Source: a virus
Virus record (IMG/VR): IMGVR_UViG_3300045012_000235
Coordinates: 1-64,000 of that record
Reading direction: 5' to 3' (one strand)
Length of the DNA stretch: 64,000 nucleotides
Under the pieces are notes generated by a model. It saw only the letters and a program-made list of their open reading frames with translations. It did not search any database and was not told the origin of the DNA. This document shows, piece by piece, positions 60,040-64,000 of this stretch. Position 1 is the stretch's first letter. Each line of letters opens with the position of its first letter. Made by a program: the position numbers and the translations under genes.

Positions 60040-60387
60040 ATGAAAACCGCCACCGTCCGTCTCTACGTCGCCCTGGTCTCTCTCCTCGCCGCCGTCCTCG
60101 AGCTAGGCGCCTCCCTGGTGCGTCTCGTGACGGCCCTGACCCAACGGGCCACCGTGGCCGTCCAGCCGCGCGCTGCGAGCCTCCCGGCCTCGCCGCAGGC
60201 CCGCCTGCGGATCGTCCCCCGGCCCATCGACACGGGGGAGAAACGCACGCGCCTCATCATCGCGCTGAACAGCCTGGGCTGGTCCATGCCGGCCGTCCGC
60301 CGGTTCGTCGACGGCCTCGGCGACCGCGTCGAGCGCGAACCGATCGAGGCGCTCATCAAGGAGGGGATCGCCAAGCTGGCGGCCTGA
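60040..60387 (+). CDS. Protein with RuvA C-terminal-like domain
   Basis: LIIALNSLGW....RRFV...IEALIKEGIAKL. Confidence 0.5.
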   Translation: MKTATVRLYVALVSLLAAVLELGASLVRLVTALTQRATVAVQPRAASLPASPQARLRIVPRPIDTGEKRTRLIIALNSLGWSMPAVRRFVDGLGDRVEREPIEALIKEGIAKLAA

Positions 60388-60569
60388 ACACGCATGAAAA
60401 CCGTCCTCCTCTTCGCCTACGACCCTCGAAATCACTGGATGATCCGTGAATGGGTCCCGGTCGAGGAGCTCCAGATCCGCGAATCTCAGCTCCGTTTCGA
60501 GGGCTGGGAAGTCAGCCACATGCCGCCCGAGCCCCCGTCGTCCGGCACCTCGCTCGGGGGACCTTCCAC

Positions 60570-61088
60570 ATGACCATCCTCATCCTTCCCCGCTCCGCCT
60601 GGCCCGCCGACCTCCAGCATCCCGAGGTCAAGGGGATCGCCATCGGTGGTTGCCGCGTCTCCGGCAAACGGCTCGGCGGTCGCCTGCACGCGCACGCGCA
60701 CATCCGCGGCGAGTCGCGCGGCTGGATCTGCTTTCGCAGTCCCGCGACGTTCGAGGAGAAAACCACGCGCCTGCACGAACTCGCGCACGTCGTCACCCGC
60801 GAAGGACACACGAAGCGCTGGCGCGAGTTCCTGCTCCAGATCGGCGGGACGCTCGACGCCGTCGCCGGCTGCCGCGACCACCATCCGCGCAAGCGCCCGC
60901 GCGTTGTGTCCACTGTCGTCAAGCCGGACGGCAGCGTCTTCGTCACCTACGACAGCGGCAGCGTGACCGGCTACCCGCCGGGGAGCCCCGGAGCCCTCAA
61001 GCGAGGCGCCCCATCGGTGGGTCCTCCCACGACCGCCGAGTTCTTGGCGTGGAATGATCGTCTCAACAAGGCAGGTGGTTCCCAATGA
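60570..61088 (+). CDS. Zincin (SprT-like) metalloprotease
   Basis: LHELAH....GH...W. Confidence 0.7.
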   Translation: MTILILPRSAWPADLQHPEVKGIAIGGCRVSGKRLGGRLHAHAHIRGESRGWICFRSPATFEEKTTRLHELAHVVTREGHTKRWREFLLQIGGTLDAVAGCRDHHPRKRPRVVSTVVKPDGSVFVTYDSGSVTGYPPGSPGALKRGAPSVGPPTTAEFLAWNDRLNKAGGSQ

Positions 61089-61327
61089 AAACTTCAAAGT
61101 GCGCGGTGTTCACGGACAAAAACAAAAACGGCGTCTGCATCTGCGTCGTCAATTTCGAAGATCAAAAAGAGGTCAGCCAAGGATCCATCGTCCTCACGCC
61201 GGCGATTGCGCGGCAGATCGCACACGACATCCTCGTCGAGGCCGACAAGATCGACGCGCTCGGCGGTCCGACGGAAGCACTCAAAAACATCTGCGTCCCC
61301 GAGAACCGAAACGCGAGTGCGTCGTGA
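61085..61327 (+). CDS. Hypothetical protein
   Basis: ATGA-coupled. Confidence 0.55.
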   Translation: MKTSKCAVFTDKNKNGVCICVVNFEDQKEVSQGSIVLTPAIARQIAHDILVEADKIDALGGPTEALKNICVPENRNASAS

Positions 61328-61797
61328 TGCCGAACACCCTCCTCACCAAAACCCAGCTCCGGGCGCTCGTCGCGCTCGCCGACGGGAAAGAGCGATCGAT
61401 GCGCGCGTGCGGCGCCGTGAGCACGATGGAATCGCTGCGCGCTCGTGGGCTCATTGACTGCCGGCCCAATGAGAGTCTTGGTGACTCGCTCGCCGTGAAG
61501 ATCAACGACGCGGGGCGGGCGTACCTGCCTACGGCTCGCCCCATTACCGAGGTCGACCGGATGCTCGCCCACGGCGACCGCATCGCGGGCAAGCCGTCCG
61601 CTCGCCGCCGCACGCACCTTCGGTTCGGCAAGCTCGAGATCGTCCTCGTCGAGGAGACGGCCGAACCGACCCTCGTCTACTTGACCAACGGCGAGGGCGT
61701 CATCGTCGAGGCGACAGCGGGCGAAATGATTCGAGCAGCGTCTGCCGTTCAGGAGCTGCTGGCAAACCCACCTCCCATGAAAAGGAACCCTCGATGA
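61327..61797 (+). CDS. wHTH-like hypothetical protein
   Basis: LTKTQLRAL..SLRARGLI..INDAGRAYL. Confidence 0.6.
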   Translation: MPNTLLTKTQLRALVALADGKERSMRACGAVSTMESLRARGLIDCRPNESLGDSLAVKINDAGRAYLPTARPITEVDRMLAHGDRIAGKPSARRRTHLRFGKLEIVLVEETAEPTLVYLTNGEGVIVEATAGEMIRAASAVQELLANPPPMKRNPR

Positions 61798-62183
61798 AAA
61801 CTACACTGCCTCTTCTCGCCGCCTTCGCGGCCGTCTTCTTCGCGCACCACGTGCAAGCCGACACGCCGGAGCTCCCGACGTACTCCTACGCCATCCAGAG
61901 CAAGGGTTACAAGGACGCGGGCCTGTTCATGTCGGCCATTCACCTCCGCGTGCCGTCCACGCTCTGGATCTGCGACGTCACCTACTCGGGCCGCGCCGGC
62001 ATGATGGTTCGGTGCTCGACCCCGCGACTGCCCGGCGGCGAGCTCCCCGAGGTCATCACGCACGTCAACTGCACGTCCGCCGACACGGACGCGGAAACCA
62101 TCCACTTGTCCACGCTGGATCAGGGGGTCTACGCTTCCATCTCGGTCATGTGCAAGCGCAACCTCTACGACGACGGGTTCTAG
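61794..62183 (+). CDS. Secreted hypothetical protein
   Basis: Signal peptide ending VQA; paired Cys. Confidence 0.6.
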   Translation: MKTTLPLLAAFAAVFFAHHVQADTPELPTYSYAIQSKGYKDAGLFMSAIHLRVPSTLWICDVTYSGRAGMMVRCSTPRLPGGELPEVITHVNCTSADTDAETIHLSTLDQGVYASISVMCKRNLYDDGF

Positions 62184-62289
62184 GCAAAATGAAAACCCTC
62201 CTCGCCTACGCGCTGCCTTTCGCGCTCTTCATGGCCTGGGTCTGGTACGGCACCCACGGCGGACAGTAAACCCACTCAATCTAGGGGAA

Positions 62290-62481
62290 TTGAAAATGAC
62301 AGTCGAACACCTTCAAATCATGGCCAGGCGCCTGCACGCGCGCGACATCCGGATCAGCTTTCGGCGCAACTGGTCCGTCGCTGTCGTGACCGAGGATGCC
62401 AACATCATCATTGGTCATTCGTCCGACGAGCTCGAGACCGCCGTTCGCAACACCCTTCAAGAGCTCGAAAGGATCTCTTGA
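62290..62481 (+). CDS. Hypothetical protein
   Basis: ORF within the gene string. Confidence 0.5.
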   Translation: MKMTVEHLQIMARRLHARDIRISFRRNWSVAVVTEDANIIIGHSSDELETAVRNTLQELERIS

Positions 62482-62720
62482 GCACGGACCTCATAGCGGT
62501 ATGCGACGAGTGCCGAGAGGAGATCCACCTGGGGCAGAGGATGGGCTGTGAATTTTCATTCGGGTATGGGCGAAACGACGCCGTGGGACAGTCGCAGGTC
62601 GCAGAGTGGTGCCATGACCATTCAACCCACGGAAACGGCGTACGCGTCTTGATGGCCCAGAGCGAGCTGCACCAAAAGCTCGACGCAGAGAACTACACAA
62701 GACCCGCGTGGGACGAATGA
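62478..62720 (+). CDS. Hypothetical protein (CxxC)
   Basis: CDECRE..HLGQ; coupled. Confidence 0.55.
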   Translation: MSTDLIAVCDECREEIHLGQRMGCEFSFGYGRNDAVGQSQVAEWCHDHSTHGNGVRVLMAQSELHQKLDAENYTRPAWDE

Positions 62721-63280
62721 ACCCCCACATCCGCTCTGCCTACCGCGAATTTGACGTCGCCGTCGCGCGCCTCGTCCGGAAGGCACGCACCGAGGTCAGC
62801 GTCCCGTGCGCGCCCGGCTGCAGCCACTGCTGCTCCGATGTCGCCTGGGCGATCCAGCCCGAGGTCGACGAGCTGGCCGAGCGCGTCCGCAGCATGCCGA
62901 CCGCGAAGCGCAACCGAGTCCTCGCGCGCACACGCGCCTGGCTCACTGGCATGCGCACGGCAGGCCTGGACCCGGACCACGTCTTCCCGGATCTCCGCAC
63001 CTACCACCGCGCCCGCCTCGCCTGCCCGCTGCTCGAAGACGGTCAGTGCACGGCCTACGACCTGCGGCCGCTCTCATGCCGGGCGCACTACGTCGTCGCA
63101 CCGGACGCGCGAGGCTGCGCAAACCGCGCGGAGGAGCCGACCATCACGACGCTGGAGATGCCGGACCTGATTGCCGGGACGGTTGTGCGAATGCTCGACG
63201 GTAAGCCCACTGAGCTTCGGGATCACCTCTTGCCCAGGCTGCTCGGGGCTGTACTTGATGTCGAACCGCTACCGGACTGA
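62717..63280 (+). CDS. YkgJ-family cysteine-cluster protein
   Basis: C..GCSHCC..CPLL..G.C.AY..RP..CR. Confidence 0.85.
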   Translation: MNPHIRSAYREFDVAVARLVRKARTEVSVPCAPGCSHCCSDVAWAIQPEVDELAERVRSMPTAKRNRVLARTRAWLTGMRTAGLDPDHVFPDLRTYHRARLACPLLEDGQCTAYDLRPLSCRAHYVVAPDARGCANRAEEPTITTLEMPDLIAGTVVRMLDGKPTELRDHLLPRLLGAVLDVEPLPD

Positions 63281-63328
63281 TGCGAATCAGGAGCCGCGCC
63301 TAGCACTCGGTCGGGTTACACTTTCCGC

Positions 63329-63556
63329 ATGGACCAAGTCGTCTGGCTGTTCATCTCCATCCTGGTCGCGTGCCTCGTCTTCGCGATCCTGTTTTGGCTG
63401 GCAGGACTTACCGCGTCACTGTTCCCTCCAGCTCTTCAGCCAAAGGTCCGGACGTTCCTCTACATCCTGCTCGGCCTATTCGCGATCCTCTTCTTGCTCG
63501 GCGACATCGGGGTGTGGGGCACGTGGGGGTGGGGCGGTCATCACTACCACCGATAG
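63329..63556 (+). CDS. Small two-TM membrane protein
   Basis: Two hydrophobic helices; TACACT 6 nt upstream. Confidence 0.7.
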   Translation: MDQVVWLFISILVACLVFAILFWLAGLTASLFPPALQPKVRTFLYILLGLFAILFLLGDIGVWGTWGWGGHHYHR

Positions 63557-63835
63557 CTAGCCCACCCGGATCGCGAACCCGATCGCGATCCCGCACCCGA
63601 CGGCCAACACCACAAAGAGCGCGATCCACTTCTGCCGGCTGGCCCGGCGGATGAGGCTCGGCGGCTCGCTCGCGAACCGTGAGGCTTCACGGAGCAGCTT
63701 GCGCCGATCGTCCGGGCCGAGTCGCTCGGTCCGCCTGGATTCTTCGCGGATGAAGATCTCCGCCACCGTTTCTGTGACCTGGCCCGACCCGCGGCAGAGA
63801 TCGCAGCCGCCTTTGCATTTTGGGCACGCCCTCAC
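63557..63835 (-). CDS. Zn-finger (DnaJ-like) plus TM protein
   Basis: CPKCKGGCDLCRGSG; C-terminal TM. Confidence 0.55.
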   Translation of the reverse strand: MRACPKCKGGCDLCRGSGQVTETVAEIFIREESRRTERLGPDDRRKLLREASRFASEPPSLIRRASRQKWIALFVVLAVGCGIAIGFAIRVG

Positions 63836-64000
63836 AGAGACCTATCGTACCGTCAATTCTTGACTCCGCTACGTGGTCGTGGTCTCTAGGGGAGCGAGTC
63901 TGCACGGCGTAGCAACCGGGTAAACTCCGCCACCCTGCGAGGGGTCGCGCGATGGTGCTCGTCGGGCGGGACCTCCCACCCGCGATTGCTACCGCGCGGG

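Overview
GC-rich, gene-dense segment of a large virus-like element, most likely a big bacteriophage. Myxococcota-style lipoproteins hint at the host, but that is inference. No host housekeeping operon, capsid, terminase, tail or integrase gene is recognisable. Layout: (i) 0.5-9.1 kb, mostly minus strand: glycosyltransferases, transglutaminase-like Cys protease, LysM membrane protein, JAB/RadC, GroES-like and RHH genes. (ii) 9.2-38 kb, plus-strand structural/surface region: membrane-anchored proteins with a shared RxGRxxxGFxxG start, six collagen-like fibres (five with an N-terminal 'IGRGRY..E.YPTAP' tag) carrying different heads, a sugar methyl/glycosyltransferase cluster, cell-wall hydrolases, and a tmRNA (31437-31800, minus) with a non-canonical T-arm. 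(iii) 39-46 kb operon of mostly acidic proteins sharing an x-x-E-A/S-R-R-like linker motif. (iv) 46-59 kb minus-strand accessory region: DUF4160/DUF2442-like pair, phosphoesterase, a catalytically dead transglutaminase paralog, and an intein-containing UvrD-like helicase. (v) 59-64 kb small divergent genes. A previously unannotated ~29-bp palindromic box occurs five times; four copies lie 63-64 nt upstream of an extended -10. All family assignments are by eye, with no database searches.
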